64,000 nucleotides of DNA. Source: Octopus vulgaris. Lineage: Eukaryota. Each line of letters begins with the position of its first letter. Within the stretch, counting starts at the first letter, position 1. Shown here in pieces: positions 1 to 13,798 of this stretch. The position numbers and the translations under genes were made by a program. The stretch lies in assembly GCA_951406725.2 (NCBI GenBank), contig OX597814.1, forward strand, positions 2,852,001 through 2,916,000, in the 5' to 3' direction. The notes beneath the pieces were generated by a model. The model was given only the letters and a program-made list of their open reading frames with translations, was not told the DNA's origin and did not search any database.

Positions 1-663
1 TAGCCTCGCCTGTTTTTGTTAGCTTTATTTTCCTTTCGCTATTTCCTGCAAAATATTGCTTAATGTTGGATTGTGTAGGATAATATTTTAACAATAATTG
101 CAGAAGGGAGAATAACGTACGGATGAAATATATGTAAAATTTAAAATATGTATCAACTCCTAGTACAAATTCCGTGTAAAATAAAGACAATGTTATGAGC
201 TGTGTATGTGTGTGTGTGTGGAGGTGGAGTGGGAGATCAAAGGTGTGTTTTATAAACCTTTTTTTCTCGGGGATTATTCTGTGTTTCATTTTATGTAAAT
301 ATCTCGGCTTTCTTTCTATCCAACAAATCCTACACCGTTATGCATCTAAGCATGACTCTATCTATATACTATCTATCTAATTGCCCACTTCTATTACCCT
401 TTCTCTATTTAGCTATCTTGTTGTGCATATATCTGGAAACTCCTGTATACCTCACAGTATATATACCTGCATACACACATACACATATGTCTGTTTGTAC
501 GTGTGTTCTCTTTGCTATTGTATTAGGTGTGTGTTTTATGTTTACCGAAATGGTTAAGTGTAGTGAATGAGTCTGTTAACCAGTTTTATGTTGAGATGTT
601 CTTATTCGGTAACATGACTTACCGTTGTTATAAGAAGAGAATGGAAGCGTGTGACGTTTCCTG

Positions 664-755
664 CACTAGTGTTTAGGGTGTTGCACTAACAACCGTAAGA
701 TTGTGGTTTCAATTCCTGGACTAGGTGGTGTATTGTGTTCTTGAGCAAAACACTT
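664..755 (+). mobile_element. Degenerate tRNA-headed SINE head (family D)
   Basis: A-box-like tagtgtttagg, B-box-like ggtttcaattcc, then ttgtgttcttgagcaaaacact. Homologous heads at 9218, 10692 and 63388. Confidence 0.55.
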
Positions 756-913
756 TTTAATGGCGGTGCCCCAGCATGGCCACAGCTCGTGGGCTGAAAC
801 TAGATAAAATAAAAATTAAAAAACCAGTGGGACATAACGTAGCCAACATCAGTGGTTCGAGTTAGGCAAGTCTTATTTATTTGTAAATAAATTTTTATTC
901 TATTAAATTAGAA

Positions 914-1328
914 GGGCGGTGAGCTGGCAGAACCGTTAGCACGCCGGGCGAAATGCTTTGCGGTATTTCGTCTGCCGCTACGTTCTGAGTTCAAATTCCG
1001 CCGAGGTCGACTTTGCCTTTCATCCTTTCGGGGTCGATAAATTAAGTACCAGTTACGCACTGCGGTCGATATAATCGACTTAATCCCTTTGTCTGTCCTT
1101 GTTTGTCCTCTCTGTGTCTAGCCCTTGTGGGTAGTAAAGAAATAGGTAATTCGTCTGCCGCTACGTTCTGAGTTCAAATTCCGCCGAGGTCGACTTTGCC
1201 TTTCATCCTTTCGGGGTCGATAAATTAAGTACCAGTTACGCACTGGGGTCGATATAATCGACCTAATCCGTTTGTTTGTCCTTGTTTGTCCCCTCTGTGT
1301 CTAGCCCCTTGTGGGTAGTAAAGAAATG
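914..1328 (+). mobile_element. SINE family B, head-to-tail dimer with 10-bp TSD
   Basis: Head ggcggtgagctggcagaaccgttagc, B-box gagttcaaattcc, core gtcgactttgcctttcatcctttcggggtcgataaa present twice. taaattagaa flanks at 904-913 and 1329-1338. Confidence 0.9.
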
Positions 1329-1833
1329 TAAATTAGAATATCATTACCAAGTAATGAATTAGCTTACTGCTTTTCTTGCCAGCCCTAGCTGCGTTTTACC
1401 ATAGGAGTTAAGTTCCATTATACTTTTACCCACCCACAAAACCCACCCGTATTTTCTAGCATTGTCGTGCTATCCTTGAACTCTGCATCCTTACAATTTC
1501 TCATCTCGCAGAACTCATTCTCACTGCCACGCTTCCACTTTATCCTGGCTTTAGAAATGTATTTGTTGGTCACCTTCAGACACAAACCTTCAACCGTTTC
1601 ACTGATTCCAAGATAGTTGTTCCACCGATGACTACGCCGGCGCCACCTTACCTTAATCGCGAGTAACTCAACATTCTTCATTTCCTTCATCAGTTTTTTT
1701 CTTCTGTTCTGTTTTACGATTCACGTCTGCCATCTCTAAAAGGGTCTGTCGACCACTTAGATATGTTTGCTTCAATAACCCCCACCCGTCTGCCAACCTT
1801 ACCACGTTCATCTTTTACTTAGCATCTTTACAT

Positions 1834-2386
<553 letters not shown>

Positions 2387-2609
2387 GGCAAATAAGAAAA
2401 TGGGGTGGATACCAAAGGGCAAACATCATCCGGTAGACGTTCCCGTGTGTCTATTTATTCCAAAGCATTAGAAAGTATTAGAAGAAGAAAACAACCACAT
2501 GTAGTAACCATGTGTTACACACACATGTATTAATATTACAGGAAAGAGCAAACGGTCAGTTCCTTACGGCCGTTTCTGCTAAGAAGCAACGAAATCTTCC
2601 ATGCCATCT

Positions 2610-3010
2610 CCATCTCTGTCTAGGCTTTAGAGTTCTGTAAGATTCCAGTCAATGATGTTAAAACAGTAATTGGACTACTGGAAGTGCCAGGGTGTTAATG
2701 GCTTCGATGCAATTTTTGGAGCTTTTAGTATTAGTCGTATTCTTCTGTAATACTCCTTTCGTATCTTTTCCTTCATAAGTAGCATGTTGTATACAACCTC
2801 CTTCGTTTATCCCCAGGTATTTATAGCTTCTTGGTGGGGCCAAGCTCCTTGGTGGTAGCGTCGGTATCTAATTTAATGGAAGCTGTTTGTTTGAGCTTCC
2901 TTCTTTAAAAAGTTGCTTTAGCACACTTATCACGACTAAAGTCCATCCCGATGTCTTTACTGAGCTCTTTAACACTTGTTAGCAGCCTAACTATTTCTTC
3001 ATCATTTCTG
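2610..3010 (-). mobile_element. R4/Dong-type non-LTR retrotransposon RT fragment
   Basis: Translations SKDIGMDFSRDKCAKATF, YKYLGINEG and IEAINTLALPV; adjacent to a (TTG/TTA)n tract. Confidence 0.8.
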
Positions 3011-3034
3011 CTGTTGTTGTTGTTGTTGTTGTTG

Positions 3035-3093
<59 letters not shown>

Positions 3094-3095
<2 letters not shown>

Positions 3096-3305
3096 GGCGG
3101 CGAGCTGGCAGAGTCGTTAGCACGCGGGACGAGATGCTTAACGGTATTTCGCCTGTCGCTACGTTCTGAGTTTAAATTCCTCCGGGGTCGACTTTGCTTT
3201 CTATCCATTGAGGTCGATTAAATAAGTACCAGTTACGCACTGGGGTCGATGTAATCGACTTAATCGCTTCCCCCAAATTTGAGACTTTGTGCTTCCAGTA
3301 GAAAA
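3094..3305 (+). mobile_element. SINE family B (tail type 2)
   Basis: aggcggcgagctggcagag head and family core, flanked by (ATT)n. Confidence 0.85.
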
Positions 3306-3324
3306 CAGTATTGTTGTTGTTATT

Positions 3325-3355
<31 letters not shown>

Positions 3356-3417
3356 TTATTATTATTATTATCATCATCATCATCATCATCATCATATCGT
3401 CGTCGTCGTCGTTGTTA

Positions 3418-3635
3418 AGGCGGCCACCAGGTAAGCAATTTGCTTGCCCTCCGGACGAAATGGTTAGAGTCATTTTGTCCGTCCTTACGTTCTGAATTCA
3501 AATTTCCGCCGAAGTTGACTTTGGCTTTCATCCTTTCAGAGTCGATAAAATGAGTTACAGATGAACATTGGGTTCGATGTAAGCGACATATTTCCTCCCA
3601 CCAAAATTTCATGCCTTTTGCCTACAGTAAAAAGA
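3418..3635 (+). mobile_element. SINE family B, diverged
   Basis: Diverged head and core gttgactttggctttcatcctttcagagtcgataaa; ends in gtaaaaagaattattatt. Confidence 0.75.
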
Positions 3636-4710
3636 ATTATTATTATTATTTTAACAAGCGCCAATTTAATTGTGACAGCGAAAAATAAACTCGTGCAAAT
3701 GACGCATTTCCAAGCCGTAAACTGCCTTATCTAGATGTCAGAAAACTCGTTAGTTCAGCCCCGGGCTGTGTGTCTTAGAGAGAGGTTGGCGAATAAACTA
3801 AAAGTGTCTGCCTAAAAGTTGTCAACGAGTCGTCCTTCGCTTTCTGTCAACCAGCGGAAATTAAGTCACTTTTAGTGAGATTGAAGATATATCGCTCTAC
3901 TTCTCATCACCCCACCAACACACCCATTCATTTGCAAAGGTCTACAGTCGAACTGGCCCGGTGGTAAGAATGCCTGAATTTGTATTGCTGAGAGCCAGTT
4001 CACGAATGTATAGGTGTGGGTTTCATATTTTGGCCACGTTTTTTTTTTTTTTTTTGACATATTTAGTGGGTCTAGTGTAAGTTAAAGAACATGAGATTGG
4101 TGGATGTGTGAGAGAACCGTTTTTGAAAATGATATCGGAATGGAATATTTATAAGGATGACTGTTAAAACATAGTTCTGTGGTTTAAAAAAAAATAATAA
4201 AAACTCTTCACAACCCCGTGATTAAGGATTCAGTTGTTACTTTCTACAATACCTGTAGTGTAACTTTGTCCTTCTGCGTAAAAGTGCATGCGGTTATTGC
4301 GCAGATGCCCTCAAAAGATCAGCTTTTGTCTTTTGGTGACAGACCTATTCCTCCGGCGGATTTAACACCTTCTCCACATAGCTCTTGGGTTGTTTTCTAG
4401 CAATCTCAGCTCTGCACTCTAGGGCAATACCGAATATACTTCGCACAAGTTCCACAGCCTGTGGAAACTTCCATAATCGCTGGTTTTTCTTCTCTGACCA
4501 ATTAATGAATATCATAAACACTAGCGGTCTATCGAGGGTGCAAGATAACAGACTTTATTAAACATGGAGTTAAATAGTTTATGAAATCTCAATATCTATA
4601 CACGATTAATGTATGACGATTATTAATAGAAGAAAGCACTATGAATTTAGAGTATATATATTGGTGGTTTGATATATATTTATATAGTTTACTGTATCAC
4701 TAATTCACTG

Positions 4711-4881
4711 ACATACATACATACATACATACATACATACATACATACATACATACATACATACATACATACATAACATACATACATACATACATACACA
4801 TACACATACATACATACATACATACATACATACATACATACATACATACATACATACATACATACATACATACATACATAC
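4711..4881. repeat. (TACA)n microsatellite
   Basis: Direct reading. Confidence 0.95.
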
Positions 4882-4882
4882 A

Positions 4883-5148
4883 GGGCAGCTGTCCTGCAGA
4901 TATAAATATCTCTTTGAAAATCAAAGAAAAAGAGGATATCTATGGACAACTACTCTGAAACCTTCAGCTTCTATATCCAGACTATAAATTCATATTCATA
5001 CCAATAATGATTGGAGCACTAGGTTTTGTTTGTAAATGTTAGATAAACTGGGATTTTCAGAAAGAGAAATCGACCGGCTAATTCGTACGTTACAAGTGCA
5101 ATCTGTGAGTGGAACAGTAAAAACATGCAAGACTTTTCTCGAGTTCCA
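4883..5148 (+). mobile_element. 3' coding end of an RLE-type non-LTR retrotransposon (distinct from the Dong copies)
   Basis: Manual translation across frameshifts: SCPADINIS, KEKEDIYGQLL, LQLLYPDYKFIFIPIMIGALG, LDKLGFSEREIDRLIRTLQVQSVSGTVKTCKTFLEF. This is the PIxIGALG end typical of RLE ORFs. Confidence 0.7.
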
Positions 5149-5171
5149 TACATATGTGTGTGTATATATAT

Positions 5172-5372
5172 ATTACTCAAAGATATTCTAGCTTTGTCTG
5201 ATTTTCACGTTTTATTTACAATCTTATAATGATATAATATAAGATAATATAATGAAACGGCAGAATATTAAATGTCCATTCTGATTGACCTAGTACTTTC
5301 ATGCATTAAACTATGCAATCTTCAGGTTCATGTAATAATTGTGGTGACAGTTAGGTTTTACAATTTACAATT
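5172..5372 (-). mobile_element. PLE-like terminal repeat fragment (same family as 13799-14172)
   Basis: Near-identical to 13799-13997; contains a hammerhead motif. Confidence 0.7.
5286..5330 (-). ncRNA. Minimal type I hammerhead ribozyme motif, canonical core
   Basis: Minus strand reads tgaac-CTGAAGA-t-tgcat-agttta-atgca-t-GAAA-gtac-TA-ggtca. One mismatch in stem I. Confidence 0.75.
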
Positions 5373-6052
5373 ATTCTTCTATACACAATCATACATTAAT
5401 GTACATTATATATACATTACTCTTTTACTCTTTAACTTGTTTCAGTCATTTCACTGCGGCCATGCTGGAGCTACATATATATTTACAAATATATACATAG
5501 GTAAATACAAATACACTGCATACACACACCAAGGCATAAATATGCCGTGAAAACATCCGCACTTGATAGTCACACTAAGAGCCGTAACTGACAAAAATTG
5601 CTGCATTCCAAAATATATCTTTCTTCCAGATCTTTCGCTCGTTTTCGTCCTTGCTCAACAATAGCTCTGCAATGGAACTTATTAGCTGCTCAACGTATTC
5701 CTTTTTGTAAGTCGTGATATCATAATTTCGATCGAAACATCCCCGTTACCTTTTCTTATGATCTCCCTACGATTTCGCTAAGTATAGCTGCTCACGTGCC
5801 GGGATTAACAAACCTTTTGTTAACACGCTAATTGAATTTTCACACATAAATATTCAAGCAAAAACTGAAATGAAATTAATTGAACAATTGTGTGGAATAA
5901 TATATTCCCAGTTGAATGGACACTAACAATAGCAATTAATACAACTTTACTTGTCTGTGTGTGTCGGGAGAGAGAGAGAGAAGGGCTATATGTGTGTGTG
6001 TGCATATATATATATACATACATATATGTTTGTATATATATATATACATATA

Positions 6053-6131
<79 letters not shown>

Positions 6132-6160
6132 ATATATATGTATATATATGTATATATATG

Positions 6161-6217
<57 letters not shown>

Positions 6218-6338
6218 GTATGTATTCAAATACGTATTTATTGATAACTTTCAAAATATATATAGTTACAGACACTTTCACAAACACGCACATGTGCATT
6301 CATATGTACACCCATCTCTCCGTCTCATTACATGTACA

Positions 6339-7570
6339 CAGGGTGCGGCGAATAAATTATCGTCTAAATTATGCAAAAATGAAAATAACATTAAATTTTA
6401 CCAAAATTGCATACAAATATCTTGAAATACTAATGAGTAAATTTATTCAGTAAAATCGCCATTGGCTGCAACCACGGCCATCAGACGACTTCGGAATCTC
6501 CTGCAGCTCTTCTGGACGGTTTCCTTGTTTTAAGTTGGTGAATACTGCCTTCAGTTCATCTTTGGTGTTACAAGGAGTCTTGTTGCTCTCTTGTTCAACA
6601 GCACCCAACAAATAATAATCAAGGGTGTTGCAATCTAGGGAATTAGGTGGCCAGATGTAGGGGTGATGTGGTCGCAGAAATTGTCTAACAGCCATGACTG
6701 GGTTCTCCTGCTTTTGAGCCATCGTGCAGAGCCCTGTTGTCAGACATAGGGTCTTCCAGCAGCCACCCTCTTGACCCAGGGCAGCACTACCTCCACCAGA
6801 CACTTGATGTAGGTCTCTATGTTGAGTCTGAGGCCATGTGAGAAGATGAATGGAGGCACAACATCGCCCTCACTAATGATCATTCCAAACACCATATTCT
6901 TGACTGGATGTTTGGTTTTTATCACTCTCGGTACACGTTTTGGGGACACATCACGCCAACAGTTGTTCTGTGTGTTTACCATCTGATCCAGGCAGAAACT
7001 TTTCTCGTCTGAGAAAAAGAAACGCATGTTCGGTTGGAGAGGATGCTTGATTTTGTTCAAAAGTTTCGTAGCGCGGTCTTTCCTCTTATCCTTGATGGCT
7101 TGGGATAAAAATCGGTCCTTTCTCATCTTGTATGAGGAATACCGAATGTCTTCATGCACTAGCTGTCTGTTAAGAAATTCAGACACTCTCATATCCCTGG
7201 TGATGGACCCGATTGGCTTGGAGAGACCATTGTCAATCATGGCCTGGATCTCACTAGCAAATCCAGGAGTTGTTTTCTTATCAGAGTAAGTTTTCAGCGC
7301 TGCCGTATCTTCGTAATCATCCTTAGACTCATCCAACACTTTCTGAATTCTCTGCACTGTCTTTAGATTGACACCCAAACATTCTGAAATGTTCGTATTG
7401 GAGCTTCCGACGCAGCAAGTCGTTTCTAAATTTCTGGCAGATTGAATTGCGTTATGGTGCTGTTTTTCTCACAGACGGTGCCCAACTGACCCTACTATAT
7501 TCTGTAGTCGGCAAAATAAAAAAAAAAAATTAAGGATATAAATTGGCGACAATTTACGCATCGCACGCTG
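6339..7570 (-). mobile_element. Tc1/mariner superfamily DNA transposon, DD37D (maT)-like, near full length and decayed
   Basis: Imperfect TIRs cagggtgcggcgaataaattatcg and cgacaatttacgcatcgcacgctg followed by TA. Internal transposase remnant. Confidence 0.85.
6425..7455 (-). pseudogene. DD37D-like transposase pseudogene
   Basis: ORFs 6740-7378 and 6447-6803 give FFSDEKSF, TKHPVKNMVFG, VVLPW and WPPNSLDCNTLDYY; frameshifted. Confidence 0.85.
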
Positions 7571-8007
7571 TACATACATGCATGCATGCATACATACATA
7601 CACGCATACATATACACATATATTCATTTGTACACATCCATCTTCTACTCTCCGTCTCTCTCACACACACACACTGTGTGTATTTTTGCATACTCTCCTC
7701 CCCCCTCTCTCTCTCACACACTAACACACACATATGTATAAAGAGGGAGAAGGGAAAAGTGATAAATGGAAAGATTAACGTGTTCTTGTGTTTTGGAGAA
7801 CATGCGTGTGTATGTCTGTGTGTGTACGTGTGTGTGTGTGTGTATCTGTGTCTGCTTTTGTGTGTGTGTATTAATTGTGTATTCGTTTGCCTTGATTTAT
7901 GTTTGAGTGGGTTTGTCCACCTATGCGTGGTTCTGTTTGTATGTGCTCGCGGACATCACTGTATTTCCTTGTACTTCTATGTGCGCGTATGTGTACATAT
8001 ATACGTA

Positions 8008-8439
<432 letters not shown>

Positions 8440-8766
8440 TTTTTTTTTGTAGTTATTAGTATTAGATGCAGCTGAAGGAATGTGGCGAAGCTGGAGCATC
8501 GCCAACTGTTGTTACTGCAACTTCATTAATCCCTCTTTAATAGTTGGAATTTGATGAACGAGCGAGTCTGATGGTGCTGCCCTCATTCTGTCTTCCAGCC
8601 ATGGAATTGGCATATATGTATATGTGTACATGTGTTTGTGTATGTGTGCGCGTGTGTGCGTGTGTATGTATGTGTTTATGCAATTATATGTGTTTGTAAA
8701 TATATGTATTTATATACATACATGAATACATACATATGCATGTATTTATGTATGTGCTTATGTATG

Positions 8767-8813
<47 letters not shown>

Positions 8814-9217
8814 GTGTGTGTGTGTGTGTGTGCGTGTGTGTGTGTGTGTGTGTGCGTGTGTGTGTGCGAGCTCACACACGCAAACATATCCAAATGATAT
8901 TTGTTTTGCGTATTATGAATCGGTAGAATATAAAATGAGAAAGTAACTGTACAAAAAGCAATATATATTTTGCTAACTTCTAATTCCCTTCAATCTTCAA
9001 TTAGCGGTAATTAATTGCTCAGAAGATCAACAACGGAAACCACCACCAACAACAACAATAACAACAACGTTAAAATCAATAGAGAATATGGATTCGAAAG
9101 TTTTCCTACTTTGGACCTCCGCTCACACTATTTTTGTCAGAGGAAAATTGTCGGTTAGATGGACCCCAGTATTTGACTAGTATTATAATCTATCAATTCC
9201 AGAATGTTGTTGAAGCC

Positions 9218-9336
9218 GCTTGGCCTAGTGGTTAGGACGATGCACTCATAAGCGAGGTTTCCATTCCTGGAGCGTAGAATGCGTTGAGTCATTGAGCAAA
9301 ACACTTCATTTCACGTTTCTTCACTCCACTCAGTTG
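9218..9336 (+). mobile_element. SINE family D head, diverged
   Basis: tggcctagtggttagg ... ttgagcaaaacacttcatttcacgtt ... ccactcag. Confidence 0.55.
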
Positions 9337-10114
9337 CAATCGAAAAATCTTGAATAAGTGTTGGTTGATTGGTTGGTTGGTTGGTTGATAGATGTCTTCA
9401 ATCACGCTTTAAATCGGAGAGGGATGGAGCGAGAGAGAGAGAGAGAGAAAGAAAGAGAGAGACAGTAGAGGAGAAATAGAGAGGGAGTTAACATAAAGAG
9501 GTACAGGATGGTTGCAGATTCTAGGTTTGGTAGCAGGCAACAAATGAAGGAATGCTACACTCACAACGAGAGAGAGAGAGAAATCAAAGAGACAAGGAAG
9601 ACGAAGGGAGAAGAGAGAGAGAGAGACAGAGAGAGAGAGGGAGTAAATGTTTAAGAAGTTACGGAAGCAGCAATGTAAATGAGAAATAACGACAAGCTGT
9701 TCTCTACAGACAAAATATAACAGCGATTAGCGCATTCGCGTTCGAATCTGCCGGAACGTAGTTAGAAAGAATATTTGCGATTATTTTATTTATATTTATT
9801 TGAAGGTTGTATATATTTTTCTTTGAAAATTAGTATTCATTTCAACATTTTCCATACGCACCAAGAAATCTCATTAATGTTAAATAATGATTATTGCATG
9901 TATGGCACACGTGCAATATTTCTAATGTTCTCCATGGTAACAAAAGTAGGAAGATTTTATTAAGTCCTTTGCTATTAGGCATTATTTTCTCTAGTATTAA
10001 TTCCCGAACTCGGCAATTAGAAATGTCCTTGTTGAAATTACACACAGGTTCGCTTGGTCATTCACCATTCTTGTAACCCTAGAGGTTACAGTCTTGTGTC
10101 GTAGAACTCATAAT

Positions 10115-10335
10115 CTTTTCTGTTGGAAGCACAAGGCCTCAAATTAGGGGCAACGGATTAAGTTGATTGCATTGATCCCAGTGTGTAACTAGTACTTATT
10201 TCTTCGACCCTGAAAGGATAAAAGGCAAAATAGAACCTTGGCTGAATTTGAACTCAGAACGTAGCAGCAGACGAAATATCTATTTTCATTTCTTTACTAC
10301 CCACAAGGGGCTAAACACAGAGAGGACAAACAAGA
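10115..10335 (-). mobile_element. SINE family B composite (tail-1 fragment joined to a tail-2 unit)
   Basis: Reverse complement of the family B core; junction ctacccacaaggggctaaacacag as in the 16-kb array. Confidence 0.7.
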
Positions 10336-10691
10336 AATAAGTATGGTTGCTTCACTGGCTAGAAATAGAGCTGAAATATCCCTAAAATCTTACATTAATG
10401 TTTTAATATAAAGAAAAGACACATCAGATAATGGTGGCTCCCTCCTACACCCGGGGCTCACTGGGTCCAATGTTTACTTTGTCAGGCTTAGCCTAGAGCT
10501 AAAACATCATCATCAAAAGTTCAGAAGTTCGCTTCACGACTCAAATGGATTTTGGGACTAACATTTAGGAATAGAATTTGATTAATGCAAATGAATTTCA
10601 ATATGGATTGAGTGGCTTATGCCATTATCCTGTTTATTATCATCAGCTGGACCATGAGTAGTGGTTTTAGTGGAATCCTGTCTGTTGGAAT

Positions 10692-10930
10692 TGAGGGTAC
10701 ATGGCCAAGTGCTCAGAGTGTTACACTCACGAAGTGAAGGTCGTTGCTTCGATTCCCGGAACGAGCGTGCGTTGTGTTCCTGGTCAAGGCCCTTCCGCTC
10801 ACGCTGCTTCTCTCCACTCGGCCGTAAATCAATGACCCTGCAGGAGACCGTTGTCCCCTACAGGGGTATTGTTGAAACCTGCATCACTTATAAGATAAGA
10901 AACCGGGTAACCGGCCCTATGAATCCGAAA
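10692..10930 (+). mobile_element. SINE family D, diverged
   Basis: atggccaagtgctcagag ... ttcgattcccgg ... gcgttgtgttcctgg ... ccactcggc; 3' part similar to 63560-63600. Confidence 0.5.
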
Positions 10931-11229
10931 ACAAAGATTGTTATGTCCAGGGGTTGACGATGATGATGCTGATGATTAGGGTGGTGGTGGCGGCGACGGC
11001 GGCAGTGGTTGTTGTGCTGGTGGCTGTAGTGGTCATCGTCACGGATATGGTAGTGAAAGTGATAATGATAATGTCTATTAGAAGCTTACGACCGATGTCT
11101 TCAGTCTGGGGAAGGATTCGCGCGCCATATCTGGCCTCCTTTTCCTCACAACCTCATTCCTTCGTTATCTCACCCCAACACCCACACCTCTATTCTTGGA
11201 GCCTCTGGAAATTGTTATGGGCAGAGCCC

Positions 11230-11266
<37 letters not shown>

Positions 11267-11889
11267 AACCACAAAATAAATAGATAAATACATGAATAAA
11301 AATGCCAACAATAACAGCAACAAACTTCAAATATATAAACGCCGGTGCAATGTGGGTAACAAGGTCAGAACAACAGTAAAGTGAGTGAACCAATGATAAG
11401 ACGAGGTGGTGGTGGTGGCGAGGGGGGAAGGCGTTCTATGATTGTACTGTTAGACTGGTGTACGGTTCTCACACTCACTGCCAAAATATATGAATGATAT
11501 TTGGACCCATTTATAAACCGGTTTCGTGTGTCAAGATTGTCACTGATCTTATCAGAGTCTTTTAGCGAGGCTCCCGCGTGGATTGGCTCTCAAGTGCTGG
11601 CTGCACATGTACGAACAAACAACAAACTGTAATTTATTAAATTGCTCTTGCTATTGCCGCAAATTTTATATCTATCTATCTGTGCACCAACCCCCCACAC
11701 ACACGCACACACATTTATATATATATGAGTGTGTAAATATATTTGGTTACATGTATGCATATACTAATGTATCTATGTATATGTACAGTTATATATATAT
11801 ATATATACATGTATACATATATATATATATATATACGCATGCACATATATACATATACATCCACATATATACATAAAAGTATATATGTC

Positions 11890-11939
<50 letters not shown>

Positions 11940-12147
11940 GGTACTTCTCTGTGTACACACCCTTCCATAAGTATATAATAAACATATATACATATATACA
12001 TACATATATATATATGCATAGATATATACACAACTGTATTTATATTCATGTAAATAAGTTTATGTATGTAAGTATATATATATATATGTATACATATGTG
12101 TGTGTGTGCCTGTGTGCGTGTGTGCTTATGTGTGTGTGTGTGTATAA

Positions 12148-12182
<35 letters not shown>

Positions 12183-12934
12183 TTGGTTGCCTCACATATC
12201 ATGTACTGCTTCCTGTGGGCTTAACTCATCTAGTGACTAAACGTTATTACAAGTAGTCACATTATGCTCTAGAAATAGCAGCCAAATCTCCCAACAGTCA
12301 CAACCGAAAACATTAAGAATTTTTTTTTAAAAATCACATATCGTAGTGAAGTCTCGGATACGCAATTTCCGAATAATAACCGGGATGATCACGGTTGGGC
12401 TGTCATTGTTCAGGGAAATCAGAACGGACATCGGCTTAGATAACGAAATCAATCCCATTTTTGTTCTGGATATTAGGAAAATATTAAGTATTAAACATTT
12501 GAAACGGAAGATTTGAGTGTGACTTGGCTGCTATATTAGGCTCTGCTTCTAACACATGGTTGCTCTCTCCCGTTCTCTCGATATTTCCATTGGTCCTTTT
12601 CGTTTAATGTTCGGTATTCCAGCTACGATTAACTTATTGAATTGTTTTAACTCATAGAAAGTCTTAATCTAGCAGACATAGGATAAAAAAACAATCCATC
12701 CGTAATCCTCACGCCTTAGAATGGTTATTTTGCTCGAAGAGGTGCTGATCGCGAAAGCATTGCATCAAAGACATCATATTTTGCATCATCCGCCATCTTT
12801 GTGGTATGCTTTTATGGATAAAACAAGTCATCGCATCGCTTCTCACTTTCCTGGTTCGCATTTTGGAAAGACATGGATTCGCTCACTTCAAGAATCGGCA
12901 AGAACATTTCATATTCAATTTCAGAACCGTAAAA

Positions 12935-13105
12935 CAAAGGGATTTAGATTGTTTACATTATTTACATTTGACGGATATTTGTCCTCGTCTTGTTTGTTGT
13001 TAACACAATGTTTCGGCTGATATACCCTCCAGCCTTTATCGGGTGTCTTGGGGAAATTTCCAACCTGGGTTCTCATTCCGTAGGTATTTTTCAATGTTAT
13101 TATTG
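12935..13105 (-). mobile_element. PLE-like terminal fragment with decayed hammerhead
   Basis: Contains the motif at 13003-13046 and abuts (ATT)n. Confidence 0.55.
13003..13046 (-). ncRNA. Decayed minimal hammerhead motif
   Basis: Minus strand reads acac-CCGATAA-a-ggctg-gagggtatat-cagcc-GAAA-ca-TT-gtgt. Stems I and II pair; core is mutated. Confidence 0.55.
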
Positions 13106-13107
13106 TA

Positions 13108-13163
<56 letters not shown>

Positions 13164-13412
13164 CATCATCATCATTATTATCATTATATAATAATGATAA
13201 TATATATATATATATATATATATATAGATAAGAAAGTTTGTTTGGTAAAGCACGTGGGTGAATATATAAGAAAATAGTAAAGTGTGAAAAAACGACAGAA
13301 GGCTTAAATGTTAAAAAATATATATATTTGTGTCAAAATGTCTGGAGAATATTGGAAAATTTTTTTTTTTTTTTCTTCCTTTCCTTAAAATGACATAATT
13401 TTAAAATTTTTA

Positions 13413-13452
13413 AAGAAATTACCGGTTTCGCGTGTAGCTTTTCAAATTTCTT
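13413..13452 (-). ncRNA. Minimal hammerhead motif, U3-A8 variant core
   Basis: Minus strand reads aagaaat-TTGAAAA-gc-tacac-gc-GAAA-ccgg-TA-atttctt, with a 7-bp stem I and palindromic stem III. Confidence 0.65.
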
Positions 13453-13495
13453 GTGACGTTATGAGAAATTAACGTCACAAGAAATTTGACGTCAC

Positions 13496-13535
13496 AAGAA
13501 ATTTGAAAAGCTACACTCGAAACCGGTAATTTCTT
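13496..13535 (+). ncRNA. Mirror copy of the U3-A8 hammerhead motif
   Basis: aagaaat-TTGAAAA-gctacactc-GAAA-ccgg-TA-atttctt; one substitution weakens stem II. Confidence 0.55.
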
Positions 13536-13680
13536 TAAAAATTTTAAAATTATGTCATTTTAAGGAAAGGGAAGAAAAAAAAAAAAAAAAATTTTCCAAT
13601 ATTCTCCAGACATTTTGACACAAATATATATATTTTTTAACATTTAAGCCTTCTGTCGTTTTTTCACACTTTACTATTTT

Positions 13681-13738
<58 letters not shown>

Positions 13739-13798
13739 TATATATATGCATATATATATATATACATGGGTCTGTATGATTGTGTATAGAAGAATTTA

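Larger units (their letters stand above)
13262..13689. mobile_element. Fold-back PLE-like element with about 200-bp inverted arms between (TA)n tracts
   Basis: 13262-13459 is the near-exact reverse complement of 13489-13689. A 17-bp tandem duplication (acgtcacaagaaatttg) sits at the centre. Confidence 0.75.

Noticed and set aside
5762-5800. gcta-tact-tagc-GAAA-tcg-TA on the minus strand
   Set aside because: No recognisable 5' core and stem III is not palindromic.
11515-11560. Hammerhead-like CTGATAA...GAAA-ccgg-TT on the minus strand
   Set aside because: C3-A8 mismatch, irregular stem II and no stem I pairing; possibly a decayed copy but not supportable.
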